Source: Minisyncoccia bacterium
GTDB taxonomy: Bacteria > Patescibacteriota > Minisyncoccia > UBA6257 > GWB1-50-10
Reading direction: 5' to 3'
Length of the DNA: 64,000 nucleotides
Assembly: GCA_049997815.1 (NCBI GenBank)
Contig: JBEKVQ010000002.1
Span: 74,483 to 138,482, forward strand
The number at the start of each line of letters is the position of its first letter. The first letter of the stretch is position 1. Positions 1-9,019 of this stretch are shown piece after piece. The translations under genes were made by a program, and so were the position numbers. The notes under the pieces were generated by a model. That model searched no databases. It saw nothing but the letters and a program-made list of their open reading frames with translations, and was not told where the DNA came from.

Positions 1-33
1 CGTAACGGCAGGACCCCTTTTTCGTTATAACTA

Positions 34-70
34 TTGACGCAGGAGAAACAGTCCTGTAGTTTGTTACAAT
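34..70 (+). promoter_or_regulatory. Putative sigma70 promoter(s) for the S-layer-like gene
   Basis: TTGACG (34-39)-17 bp-TAGTTT (57-62), plus an extended -10 TGtTACAAT (62-70). The spacer contains the inverted repeat CAGGA-N7-TCCTG. Confidence 0.55.
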
Positions 71-74
71 ATAA

Positions 75-445
75 GTAGGTTTTGCTTAGAGTGAGGCTAG
101 GCAAGGTGTCTAGCCGTTAGCGTGAGAATGCTAATGGCTTTACGTTTTAGCGGAACAAGGGAGGAATCCCGCGTTCGGCTTTGCTGGTCTCGCTTCAAGC
201 GGGACTTTTACTTTTTAGATACTACCCCACCGTTTCCTTGAGCTTCCGCCGCTTACCTCACTTAGGCGGTGGTCGAAAAGCCGGGTTAAATGGTGTTCCG
301 AAACCCAAAAGGTCGGCGGCTTGAAACGAAAAATCGTTTCCAAGTCCGAAAAATCGAAAATATTAAGTCGAAAACAAAACAATTAGCCGATTCAATTAAA
401 TAAGCGATTATTTCTTTGTTTTGGTTATTTGTACTAATTACAGTA
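75..445 (+). other. Long, highly structured 5' leader or possible ncRNA upstream of the S-layer-like gene
   Basis: Series of hairpins: 95-115; 112-139 (GAGA loop); GGGA-GGAA-TCCC at 159-170; 187-205 followed by a T-rich run; ~246-272; ~318-346. Confidence 0.5.
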
Positions 446-3400
446 ATGAGTAAATTAAGTCGAAAAGTTGTGGCGGTAGGCCTCACACTCACCACGGCCG
501 TTTGGCTCGCTGGTGCAGTGCTTCCGGCTTCCGCCCAAACCTCTGCGGCTACGATTGCCCAGTTAATGGCGCAAATCCAGGCTTTGCAGAGTCAGTTACA
601 GGCCCTTCAGGGTTCTGCGAGCACCCAATCATCTTCCTATAGCTTCACCAGGGACCTCACCCTTGGCAGCAAAGGAGCGGATGTGACGGCGCTTCAGCAG
701 TTCCTCGTGAGCGGCGCCTATCTACAGATGCCCGCCGGAGTGGCTTATGGCTACTTTGGTTCTTTAACGCAGGCAGCTGTGGTGCGCTGGCAGGGAGCTG
801 CCGGCGTCTACCCCACGGCCGGTTACTTCGGTCCTAAGAGCCGCGCGGCCATCGCTTTGGCCGTCGGTACGGGTACTGGTACTGGCACTGGGGGCGTAGT
901 TGTTTCCGGTCCGTCATCGGTGGCTTTGTCGCCGATGAATGTGGCGAACACGAACGTTCCGATTAACGTCGACACCACGCATTTTGAAGTGGTGCCGGTT
1001 TTGACGGTCCGCTTCACGGCCGGTCCGGCTCCTCTCACGGTCACTGGATTTAACGTCCAGCGCTCCGGTTTGTCCTCGGACCAGGATCTTGCGAACGTCT
1101 ATCTATTGGACGGTTCCAAGATCGTGACCACTAACATCGGTATGAACAACGGCCTCGTTCAATTCTCGAACGCCGCCGGTCTCTTCACGGTGAATGCGGG
1201 CACGTATAAGGATATTACAGTGGCGGTCTCCATCTCGATCTCCGCTACCGCTTCCGGCCACACTTACCAATTCTCCGTTCCTTCCGCGGCTTCAATAACC
1301 ACGGCGGGCGCGACGACGGTAGGCGGCGTGTTCCCGATTATGAGCAACACCATGACTGCCGCCTCGGTTACTAACCTCGGCGGAGTAACGGTCACGAACG
1401 GCTCGGCGGGTATCACGGCGGGTACGGCTCTTTCCGTAAACGCTGGTCAGGCAAAGTTCAATGCCGGCGTGTTCACCCTTCAGGCGAACAACCAGGCGGT
1501 TTCCGTGAAGTCAATCACTTTGACGAACACGGCAAGCTTGGGACCCTCTGATCTCGCGAATGTCACCCTTTATAACGGTGCGACGCAGGTCGGCACGGCA
1601 CAGGCAATCGGCGGTGCGAACCAGGTTACCTTCGATCTAACGGCTAACCCCCTACAGCTCTCGGCCGGGCAGAGCGTCCAGCTCTTCCTCTACACCGACA
1701 TTGTGGGCGGCGTGAACCGTTACTTCCAGTTCTCGGTTCAGCACAACTACGACATCGTGGCGACGGATATGATGTACAACATCGGATTCTTGCCGGCGAT
1801 GAACACCGGGAACTTCCCGATGAACTTGTCCTACGTCAGCGTTCAGCAGGGTACGCTCACGCTTACCCGCGATTTTGCCTCTCCGGTGAACTATGTTCTC
1901 CCGGGCGGGACGAATCAGACCATCGCGAAGTTTGACTTTGTGGCGGGCGGTGAAGCGGTGAAGATCACCCAGTTGAATGCAGTCCTGAATACCACGGCTA
2001 ACGTCACTAACCTCAAGGTTATTGATGACCAGGGTACGCAGATCGGCACGACCCAGGCTACGGTTGCAACGACCACGTATTACACGAACCTGAACTACTT
2101 GATCCCTTCGGGAACCAAGAGGGTGGTTTCGATAATCCTGGATGTCGGCACCAACTTCAGCGGCACCTTAACGGGTACCTTGAACAACATTGCGGGTCAG
2201 GGTTACACCTCGCTCGCGACGGTTCCCTCGACGGGCACGTTATCTTCAACGGGTAACACGCTCTCGGTTTCGGGCAGCATCCTGAGCGCTGGTTTGAACA
2301 GCGCGATGGGTAACACGAATGTCGTGTCGGGTCAGGTTAACGCGAGGATCGGCTCTTTCACTTTGACGGCTGGTCCCAGCTCCGGAGTGAATGTCTCGAA
2401 CTTCCAGTTCACGACGGCGGCGGCCTCGTATGATCCGGCCTCTAAGTACCAGAACGTGCGCTTGATGTATGGCAACACGCAGGTCGGCAACACGCAGAAC
2501 GTGTTGACGAACGGCGGTACCATCACCTTCAGCGCGGCTCAGCCGATCTTAATTCCGGCCGGCGGCCAGGTAATTCTTGATGTCTATGGAGACGTAAAGA
2601 CGGGCGCCGGTAGCGGCACCTCCACTCCGGGCATTGTGACTTTGGCCACGAACGGCGTTTCGGCGACGGCGGTGGCGACCACGCAATCCGTTTCTACGGT
2701 CACGGGTACTCCAACGCCCGGCCAGACGGTATTCTTAGTGGCGGCGGGTACGCTCGCCTTCAATGCCGGCAGTATGCCGGGCACAACGGCAGGCGCTACT
2801 CAGATTGGAATGGGTGTAACGGGTGTGAAGCTCGCTTCTTATCAGCTAACCGGCTCACCGAGCGAAGCGATCACTCTCAACAACGTTTACCTCACGTCCA
2901 CGTCGTCACTCACGGGCGCCTTCACCAACTTCCGGTTGATGAACGGTGCTACGCAGCTTGGCAGCGCTTTGTCCCCGAGTCAGTCGAGTTCGCCCTATAC
3001 CGTAACGTGGGTAGGTTTGAACCTTCCGATATCTCAGGGCGGCACGCTTACCTTGGATGTGGTGGCGGATGCGAACACGTATTCGGCGCTTTCCCAGGGT
3101 TATACGACCAGCTCGAACACCACAACGACGGTGTCGATCTATCAGCTTGACTACCAGGGAACGGCGTCCAACCAGACGGCGAGTGTGACCGGCACAGCTG
3201 TGTATGGCAATACCTTCGTTGCTGTCCGCAATACTTTGACGGCGGCGCTCGCGAGCGTACCGTTGGCTTCATCCGTGAGCGATGCCGCTAGCGTTGCAGG
3301 ATTCGCCTTCACGGCGGGTAATGCGGCAGGTACGCAGGACCCGGCTTACTTGAAGAGCATTGCGATCACCCAGATATACTCTGGCTTGAACTCGAGCTCT

Positions 3401-3760
3401 ACGATTCCTGTTACCTACCACGTCCTTGTTAATGGTCAGCAAGTAGCGACGGCTACTAGCACGACTCCTTCGGGAGGTTCCGCGACGCTTACCCTTAGCC
3501 AAGGGCCGGCGACATCGGGAGGACCCGGTGGCACGGCTGGTCTCATCATCACCAAGGGCACTTCCCAGACTCTCACGATCACGGCAGATCTGAGCTCGTC
3601 TCTGTTCACCGAAGCGACCCAGGGCGTGAAAGGACCCTATCAGATCAAGATGACGAATTACACTTGGTCCGATGGTACGATGGCGTCCATCAACGCGGAT
3701 CCGAACAATATCACTGCGACGAACCCGTTGTATGGCTCATCCGCTGCTCTCCAGTTCTAG
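446..3760 (+). CDS. S-layer-like secreted surface protein with an N-terminal peptidoglycan-binding domain and repeated beta-rich (Ig-like) domains
   Basis: ATG at 446 (MSKLSRK..). Signal peptide ending ASA-Q, Gln-rich coiled coil, PG_binding_1 motifs (LTLGSKGADVTALQQFL..GYFGSLTQAAV..WQ..GYFGPKSRAAI), GT linker, very Thr/Ser/Gly-rich with recurring NxxLxNGxTQxG motifs. Confidence 0.85.
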   Translation: MSKLSRKVVAVGLTLTTAVWLAGAVLPASAQTSAATIAQLMAQIQALQSQLQALQGSASTQSSSYSFTRDLTLGSKGADVTALQQFLVSGAYLQMPAGVAYGYFGSLTQAAVVRWQGAAGVYPTAGYFGPKSRAAIALAVGTGTGTGTGGVVVSGPSSVALSPMNVANTNVPINVDTTHFEVVPVLTVRFTAGPAPLTVTGFNVQRSGLSSDQDLANVYLLDGSKIVTTNIGMNNGLVQFSNAAGLFTVNAGTYKDITVAVSISISATASGHTYQFSVPSAASITTAGATTVGGVFPIMSNTMTAASVTNLGGVTVTNGSAGITAGTALSVNAGQAKFNAGVFTLQANNQAVSVKSITLTNTASLGPSDLANVTLYNGATQVGTAQAIGGANQVTFDLTANPLQLSAGQSVQLFLYTDIVGGVNRYFQFSVQHNYDIVATDMMYNIGFLPAMNTGNFPMNLSYVSVQQGTLTLTRDFASPVNYVLPGGTNQTIAKFDFVAGGEAVKITQLNAVLNTTANVTNLKVIDDQGTQIGTTQATVATTTYYTNLNYLIPSGTKRVVSIILDVGTNFSGTLTGTLNNIAGQGYTSLATVPSTGTLSSTGNTLSVSGSILSAGLNSAMGNTNVVSGQVNARIGSFTLTAGPSSGVNVSNFQFTTAAASYDPASKYQNVRLMYGNTQVGNTQNVLTNGGTITFSAAQPILIPAGGQVILDVYGDVKTGAGSGTSTPGIVTLATNGVSATAVATTQSVSTVTGTPTPGQTVFLVAAGTLAFNAGSMPGTTAGATQIGMGVTGVKLASYQLTGSPSEAITLNNVYLTSTSSLTGAFTNFRLMNGATQLGSALSPSQSSSPYTVTWVGLNLPISQGGTLTLDVVADANTYSALSQGYTTSSNTTTTVSIYQLDYQGTASNQTASVTGTAVYGNTFVAVRNTLTAALASVPLASSVSDAASVAGFAFTAGNAAGTQDPAYLKSIAITQIYSGLNSSSTIPVTYHVLVNGQQVATATSTTPSGGSATLTLSQGPATSGGPGGTAGLIITKGTSQTLTITADLSSSLFTEATQGVKGPYQIKMTNYTWSDGTMASINADPNNITATNPLYGSSAALQF

Positions 3761-3798
3761 TTCTTCCGAATCGGTTTCCTGATAGCGCATAATCAGGC

Positions 3799-3835
3799 AC
3801 CCCGCCAGTCCATTGGACTGGCGGGGTTTGTCTTT
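3799..3835 (+). terminator. Intrinsic terminator after the S-layer-like gene
   Basis: Perfect 13-bp stem ACCCCGCCAGTCC-att-GGACTGGCGGGGT followed by ttgtcttt. Confidence 0.85.
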
Positions 3836-3850
3836 ATAGAATTAAATCTA

Positions 3851-4105
3851 ATGTTCTATGTTTATGTTTTGAAAAATAAATTCCGGCAGATTTATATCGG
3901 ATACACAGGAGATTTAAGATGAAGATTCAAGGACCATAATTCTGGCAGGTCAAAATATACGAAATTACGCCTACCCTGGACTCTGGCGTATTACGAGGCA
4001 TTTTTATCATCGAAAGATGCTAGAATTAGAGAAAGGACCCTGAAAAGTTATGGAAGTACTCTGGGTCAATTGAAAATAAGAATCAAAAATAGCCTAAACG
4101 GGTAA
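3851..4105 (+). pseudogene. GIY-YIG nuclease (UPF0213/YazA-like) interrupted by an in-frame TGA
   Basis: Manual translation: MFYVYVLKNKFRQIYIGYTGDLR*RFKDHNSGRSKYTKLRLPWTLAYYEAFLSSKDARIRERTLKSYGSTLGQLKIRIKNSLNG. Stop at 3920-3922, where the intact paralog reads DLRKRFKEH. Not in the ORF track. Confidence 0.85.
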
Positions 4106-4130
4106 AAAGTATCAATGTGTAGCATATCTG

Positions 4131-4160
4131 TATTAATCTGTTATAATCCGTATTAATCCG
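4131..4160 (+). promoter_or_regulatory. Extended -10 promoter embedded in three 10-bp tandem repeats
   Basis: tattaatctg|ttataatccg|tattaatccg; TGtTATAAT at 4139-4147. Confidence 0.5.
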
Positions 4161-5533
4161 TGTCTATGGACTATTTAAAGATCTCGAAGCTCTTCCTGAA
4201 AATTTCGGTACTTTGTGTGGCGATTGTGACCGTTTCCACGCTTTTCCCGTTCATCGTCGGAAAATATTCCTGGTTCCGGGCGAGCGTGGATATCGCCCTA
4301 GTCTTTTTCTGTTTGGGGCTCATATTCCAACGGAACCTGGAACCGATCTGGGATCAGTTCCGGCGAATGTTTCGTTCGCCGCTCGTTTGGATGGTAACCT
4401 TGTTCATCGCCGTATTTCTTTTAGCTTGTCTTTTCGGCGTCAATCCTCACTGGTCTTTCTGGTCCAATTTCGAACGGGGCGAGGGGGGATTCCAAATGGT
4501 CCACCTTTACGTATTTTTTTTCCTTCTGGTTCTTTTGTTCCGTGAAGAAAAGGACTGGCAGAGCATCATGAAGTGGTTTTTAACCGGTGGTTTTTTGATG
4601 GTTCTCTACGGCGTGGCCGCGGGTTTCAAATGGTCCGGATTTGTAGGACCGGCTTTCGGTGATTCCGGTTATCGTTTTCAGGGATCTATCGGCAACCCCG
4701 CTTACGTTGCGATTTTTGCCGTATTTATGGTGTTTTATTGCCTATACCTGCTTTTTAACCGCTATCGCCAAAATTTGAAATCCGCCGGGGCCATAACTCT
4801 CTTCGTCCTACTTGCGGTCTTTCTCGCGACGTTCTTCGCGGCCGCGACCCGCGGCACTTTTGTGGGATTGATCGCGGCCATCGTGGTGTTTCTCGGATAT
4901 TTCGCCTACAGCCACAAGGCCTGGCGCAAACGAGCCCTCTTGGCCGGCATAGTAATTATCACCTTTGTGGTTATTATGGGAATCTTTAAAGACACTAAAT
5001 TCGTTCAAAGCATTCCCGGTTCGCGGGTCTTCGATCTTTCCGTGACCGCTCAGACTTTCAGCGACCGGGTCAAAATTTGGAATATGGCCTGGAACGGCTT
5101 TCTCGCCCGGCCGGTCTTGGGTTGGGGACCGGAAAATTTCATCCAGGTCTTTTATCGGTATTTCACTCCGGACTTCTTCTCGCCGAGTGTGGGATTCGGT
5201 GCCTGGTTCGACAGGGCTCACAGCTTCATCTTTGATTATCTGGCGGAGACGGGCGCGCTCGGGTTCCTGAGTTTTGCCGGCATCTTCGTCGCTTTCTTTT
5301 GGAAATTCTTCCGCTCTCAATCCCAGGATGCCGAAACGTCTTTTAGCCGAAGACCTCTCCTAGAAAGGTCCCTGATATTTGCTCTCCCGGTGGCCTATCT
5401 TGTCCAGGGATTGGTTTTGTTCGATGTTTTACCAATTTATATGAACATATTTTTCTTTATGGCTTTCGCGGTCTATTTATTTCAATCGGATCAGTCCCCA
5501 AAGAAAAACTCGCCGCAGTTTAGGCAATCATGA
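4160..5533 (+). CDS. O-antigen ligase / O-oligosaccharyltransferase-like (Wzy_C, WaaL/PglL family) membrane protein
   Basis: About 12 TM segments; motifs RFQGSIGNP, TRG, R..IW..AW..F..RPVLGWGPENF, DRAHS..LAETGALG. The start may be ATG 4166. Confidence 0.85.
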   Translation: MSMDYLKISKLFLKISVLCVAIVTVSTLFPFIVGKYSWFRASVDIALVFFCLGLIFQRNLEPIWDQFRRMFRSPLVWMVTLFIAVFLLACLFGVNPHWSFWSNFERGEGGFQMVHLYVFFFLLVLLFREEKDWQSIMKWFLTGGFLMVLYGVAAGFKWSGFVGPAFGDSGYRFQGSIGNPAYVAIFAVFMVFYCLYLLFNRYRQNLKSAGAITLFVLLAVFLATFFAAATRGTFVGLIAAIVVFLGYFAYSHKAWRKRALLAGIVIITFVVIMGIFKDTKFVQSIPGSRVFDLSVTAQTFSDRVKIWNMAWNGFLARPVLGWGPENFIQVFYRYFTPDFFSPSVGFGAWFDRAHSFIFDYLAETGALGFLSFAGIFVAFFWKFFRSQSQDAETSFSRRPLLERSLIFALPVAYLVQGLVLFDVLPIYMNIFFFMAFAVYLFQSDQSPKKNSPQFRQS

Positions 5534-6141
5534 GAAGCTCGCTCAAATATATCCTTGCCGGCGTCTTGATCATTGCGGCGGTCTTCGCCACTGTTCGCGG
5601 TTCATTGCAGCCGTTCACGAAAGCCCAGCTTTTCATAAAGGGGCTAAAAAATCTTTCGAGCGTAAAAACACTCGATGATTTCACCGCCCAATTCGACGCC
5701 GTTTTCAACTATCCGTCGCCTGTCGGCAATGAAGAAGTAGCCAAGTTTTTGTCGGATCAGGTAACGAGCATCGTTTCCCAGCAAAGCCAGCCAGAAGACG
5801 TTTCCCGCGTCCTGGTTTCGTACATGGAGTCGCATATATCTCAGAATGATCTCCTGAGCCTTTTCACCATTGCCCATTTTCATGCGATCCTTTGGCAGAG
5901 GTTCCATAGGACAGAGGATTATTCGCAGGCGGAGCAGGCTCTGAAGAGGGCGCTTTCGATTGGCCCCGAGGTTCCTCCGGTGCTCTACAGCCTGGCCAGT
6001 CTCTATGCATCAGGCGGCGACAGGGTTAAGTTCGTGCAAACAGCCCAAACCATTCTTTCGTACTGGCCGGATGACACTCAATTAAAGAGCACTCTTGCAA
6101 ACCTTGCTTCGCCGGTTCCCGCCACCTCAGCCACTAAATAG
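5530..6141 (+). CDS. Membrane-anchored TPR-like protein, translationally coupled to the ligase
   Basis: ATGA overlap, N-terminal TM helix, TPR-like helices (AEQALKRALSIGP..LYSLASLY). Confidence 0.65.
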   Translation: MRSSLKYILAGVLIIAAVFATVRGSLQPFTKAQLFIKGLKNLSSVKTLDDFTAQFDAVFNYPSPVGNEEVAKFLSDQVTSIVSQQSQPEDVSRVLVSYMESHISQNDLLSLFTIAHFHAILWQRFHRTEDYSQAEQALKRALSIGPEVPPVLYSLASLYASGGDRVKFVQTAQTILSYWPDDTQLKSTLANLASPVPATSATK

Positions 6142-6154
6142 CACCGAAAGTGCA

Positions 6155-7048
6155 ATGAGTGAATTCCGCAGGGAAAAACCAGAAAGTTTTGCGAGTCCGA
6201 CCCAGCTCCCCAGAACCTCGGCCGAAGCCGCTGAATGGCAAAAGAGCAACTCCGACTGGTGGGAAAAGAATCCGATGCGCTACGATTGGAAAAGTTCCAT
6301 CCCGCATGAGAAGTTCTCGCGGGAGTTTTTCAATGAGATTGACGATCGTTTTTTTTCGGCTGCCCGAGAATATCTGGATCCGCATTCGGCGATTCCTTTC
6401 GACGAATTTATCCACTTCGATTCCCTCAAGGATAAAAGGGTTCTCGAGATAGGCATCGGGAACGGAAGTCACGCCCAATTCCTGGCCCGTTATTCGAAGT
6501 CCTTCACGGGGATAGACATCACGGAGTACGCCGTAATGAGCACTAAGGCAAGGATGAAGGTTTTCGGTTTGAAGGGCGACATCGGGAAGATGGATGCCGA
6601 AAAGTTGGAGTTTGACGACGATAGCTTTGACTTCGTTTGGAGTTGGGGTGTCATTCACCACTCCTCCGATACCACGAAAATTTTGAGAGAGATTCATCGC
6701 GTGCTCCGTCCCGGCGGCAGAGCCGTTATTATGGTTTATCACCGCGGCTGGTGGAACTATTACGTCACGGGAGCATTGGAGGGCCTTGTCTCCGGTAATT
6801 TATTGAAGACGAAGTCGCTCGGCGAATCAGTTCAATTGCATACGGACGGCGCGCTCGCGAGGTACTATTCAAAACGGGACTGGATTAGGGTCACGAGGCC
6901 ACTCTTTGCCGAGGCCTCGGTTTGCGTGCGCGGCCCGAAATCGGATATCATTCCTCTCCCGGCCGGCAAGTTGAAAAATCTCGTCTCCTCTTTCTTGACC
7001 GGGAGATTCGAGATGGGAGGTTTTTTAGTCTCTGGCTTGGTCAAGTAA
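6155..7048 (+). CDS. Class I SAM-dependent methyltransferase
   Basis: VLEIGIGNG, DAEKLEFDDDSFDFVWSWGVIHH, RVLRPGG. Likely start ATG 6155. Confidence 0.85.
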   Translation: MSEFRREKPESFASPTQLPRTSAEAAEWQKSNSDWWEKNPMRYDWKSSIPHEKFSREFFNEIDDRFFSAAREYLDPHSAIPFDEFIHFDSLKDKRVLEIGIGNGSHAQFLARYSKSFTGIDITEYAVMSTKARMKVFGLKGDIGKMDAEKLEFDDDSFDFVWSWGVIHHSSDTTKILREIHRVLRPGGRAVIMVYHRGWWNYYVTGALEGLVSGNLLKTKSLGESVQLHTDGALARYYSKRDWIRVTRPLFAEASVCVRGPKSDIIPLPAGKLKNLVSSFLTGRFEMGGFLVSGLVK

Positions 7049-7072
7049 TTTTCATGTATTTAGCTTTCTCAA

Positions 7073-8275
7073 ATGATGGATAAAAAAACCAAATTATTCA
7101 TTGCGACTCTGGATCCGGCAAAGCAGGGGGGCGTTCCCACCATGGCTAAGTTCGTTTATACCGAAGCAATACGGGATGGCCTTGAACCTTGGCCGATTTA
7201 CAACATAGTCCGGAGTTTCAGGCAGGAAAAAGAACCCGGAACCTTCTCTGGTGTTCTCAATGGATTTAAAGCCGAGGCGCATCAGGAGGTTCTTTACGGA
7301 TTGAATGGCATCGGGATTGACAGAGTACTTCCGGAGTTGGAGTTTTTTAATTATCTCCTGAATTTAAGGGTCTGGAAGAGAATCACAAATGAAGACGGCA
7401 TCTTTTTTGGGGCTTGCGGAGCTAATCTTTGCATGTTGCCATTTGCTTTGCTGAACAAAGATTTTTCTCTTTGGGTGGCAACCACGCTCTATGAGGACAA
7501 AATAGACAGGGTAAGGCGATCGTCCCTGTCCTGGAAGATAAGGGATATCCTTTCCTTGCCGATACTCCTGTGGATGGAAGGGTTCGTTTTCAGGAAAGCC
7601 AAGAGAATCTTGGCCCTCAGTACGTATACGAAAGACTGCATAATGAAAAAATATGGCGTGGACATATCCAAGATCGACGTAGCATTTTACCCGATCGACT
7701 CGAAGTCGTTTTATCCAATCCCTTATGGCAAGAGGAAAAATGACTATATCCTCTTTACCGGCCGCATAACCGATTTGAGAAAGAACGCGGCCATGCTGAT
7801 ATCCGCCTTCGCGAAGATACATGAAGAATTTCCGTGGGTAAAATTGAAATTTGCCGGGGAGATTCCAGGTGAGAAATTATTTCGTCTGGTGAGAGAATTG
7901 GGCGTTTCCGACCATGTAGAGTTCATTGATTTTGTGAGAGAGCGCGAGCTGCTGTCTCTTTACCAAAACGCCCTTCTTTTCGTAATCCCGTCACTTCAGG
8001 AGGGCTTGTGCATCTCCGGCTTGGAGGCCTTGGCTTGCGGCATTCCGGTTATCTCCACGAAATGCGGCGGGCCGGAGGATTTCGTCGTTGACGGCGTAAC
8101 CGGATATTTAGTGAACAACGATGACGAAGGCGATATGGTGGAAAAGATGCGCGCATTTTTAAATATGAAGGAAGAAGGACGGAAATCTCTGTCCATGGGT
8201 GCGGTGGAGCATATTAAGGAGAACAACTCGATCGAGAAAATTTGGCCGAAGTTCAGGGATTGTTTTATACTTTAA
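7073..8275 (+). CDS. Glycosyltransferase family 4
   Basis: FTGRI..KN, EGLCISGLEALACGIPVI (EX7E). Confidence 0.9.
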   Translation: MMDKKTKLFIATLDPAKQGGVPTMAKFVYTEAIRDGLEPWPIYNIVRSFRQEKEPGTFSGVLNGFKAEAHQEVLYGLNGIGIDRVLPELEFFNYLLNLRVWKRITNEDGIFFGACGANLCMLPFALLNKDFSLWVATTLYEDKIDRVRRSSLSWKIRDILSLPILLWMEGFVFRKAKRILALSTYTKDCIMKKYGVDISKIDVAFYPIDSKSFYPIPYGKRKNDYILFTGRITDLRKNAAMLISAFAKIHEEFPWVKLKFAGEIPGEKLFRLVRELGVSDHVEFIDFVRERELLSLYQNALLFVIPSLQEGLCISGLEALACGIPVISTKCGGPEDFVVDGVTGYLVNNDDEGDMVEKMRAFLNMKEEGRKSLSMGAVEHIKENNSIEKIWPKFRDCFIL

Positions 8276-8290
8276 GCAAGGTAAAAATCG

Positions 8291-9019
8291 ATGAATATGG
8301 AACAGAATCGAAGATTTTATGATAAATATGTTTCTACTCATACGGGAAATCTCTACGGGCCGCAGGACCTGAAGAAAATTGAGGGGCAATTCTTCGCGTG
8401 GCGCTCGTACTTTTCGGCGTTTTTGCCGAAGGACAGGAACGCAAAGATTTTGGATTTGGGGTGCGGGAACGGCGGTTTTGTCCACTGGCTGGACTCTCTT
8501 GGCTATAAAAACGTTTTTGGTTTGGATATTAGCAATGAACAGGTAAAAGCAGCCGAGATGCTCGGCATAAAAGGCGTAAGCCGGGGCGATATCTTTGATT
8601 TTCTTCCTTCGAGAAGGGGGGAGTTTGAGGTTATTTTTGCGCGGGACATTTTGGAACACATCCCCAGGGAAAAGACGTTGGATTTCGTCGAGCTCGTAGC
8701 CGCTTCGCTCCATTCGGGCGGTTCTTTCGTGGTTCAAACCGTGAATGCCGAGAACCTGCTCTGGGGCAGGTTGCGCCATGCGGATTTTACCCACGAACAG
8801 GCCTTTACGAAAGATTCGCTCCGCCAGGTCATGTCGGTCGCCGGCTTTAAAGATGTTCAAGTGTGCCCGCAACGGCCGATCGTGCATGGATTTATATCCC
8901 TGATGCGGTATATCTTATGGCGTTCGTTCGAACTGTTCATGCGAGGATATCTCCTTGTTGAGACCGGGTCTCATGACGGAATTTTCACCCAGAATGTTCT
9001 GGCGGTGGCAAAGAAATGA
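8291..9019 (+). CDS. Class I SAM-dependent methyltransferase
   Basis: ILDLGCGNG, DILEHI, DFTH. Confidence 0.85.
   Translation: MNMEQNRRFYDKYVSTHTGNLYGPQDLKKIEGQFFAWRSYFSAFLPKDRNAKILDLGCGNGGFVHWLDSLGYKNVFGLDISNEQVKAAEMLGIKGVSRGDIFDFLPSRRGEFEVIFARDILEHIPREKTLDFVELVAASLHSGGSFVVQTVNAENLLWGRLRHADFTHEQAFTKDSLRQVMSVAGFKDVQVCPQRPIVHGFISLMRYILWRSFELFMRGYLLVETGSHDGIFTQNVLAVAKK

Noticed and set aside
1-24. Right arm and T-tail of an upstream terminator
   Set aside because: The left arm is outside the window, so it cannot be verified.
75-300. tRNA, SRP RNA, 6S or a known riboswitch
   Set aside because: No cloverleaf, SRP helix-8 motif or aptamer consensus could be recognised by eye. It is kept only as an unknown structured leader.
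3920-3922. TGA read-through as Gly, Trp or Sec (alternative genetic code)
   Set aside because: Many genes here end in TGA, including ATGA overlaps, and no other gene has an internal TGA. The aligned residue is basic, so a nonsense mutation is simpler.
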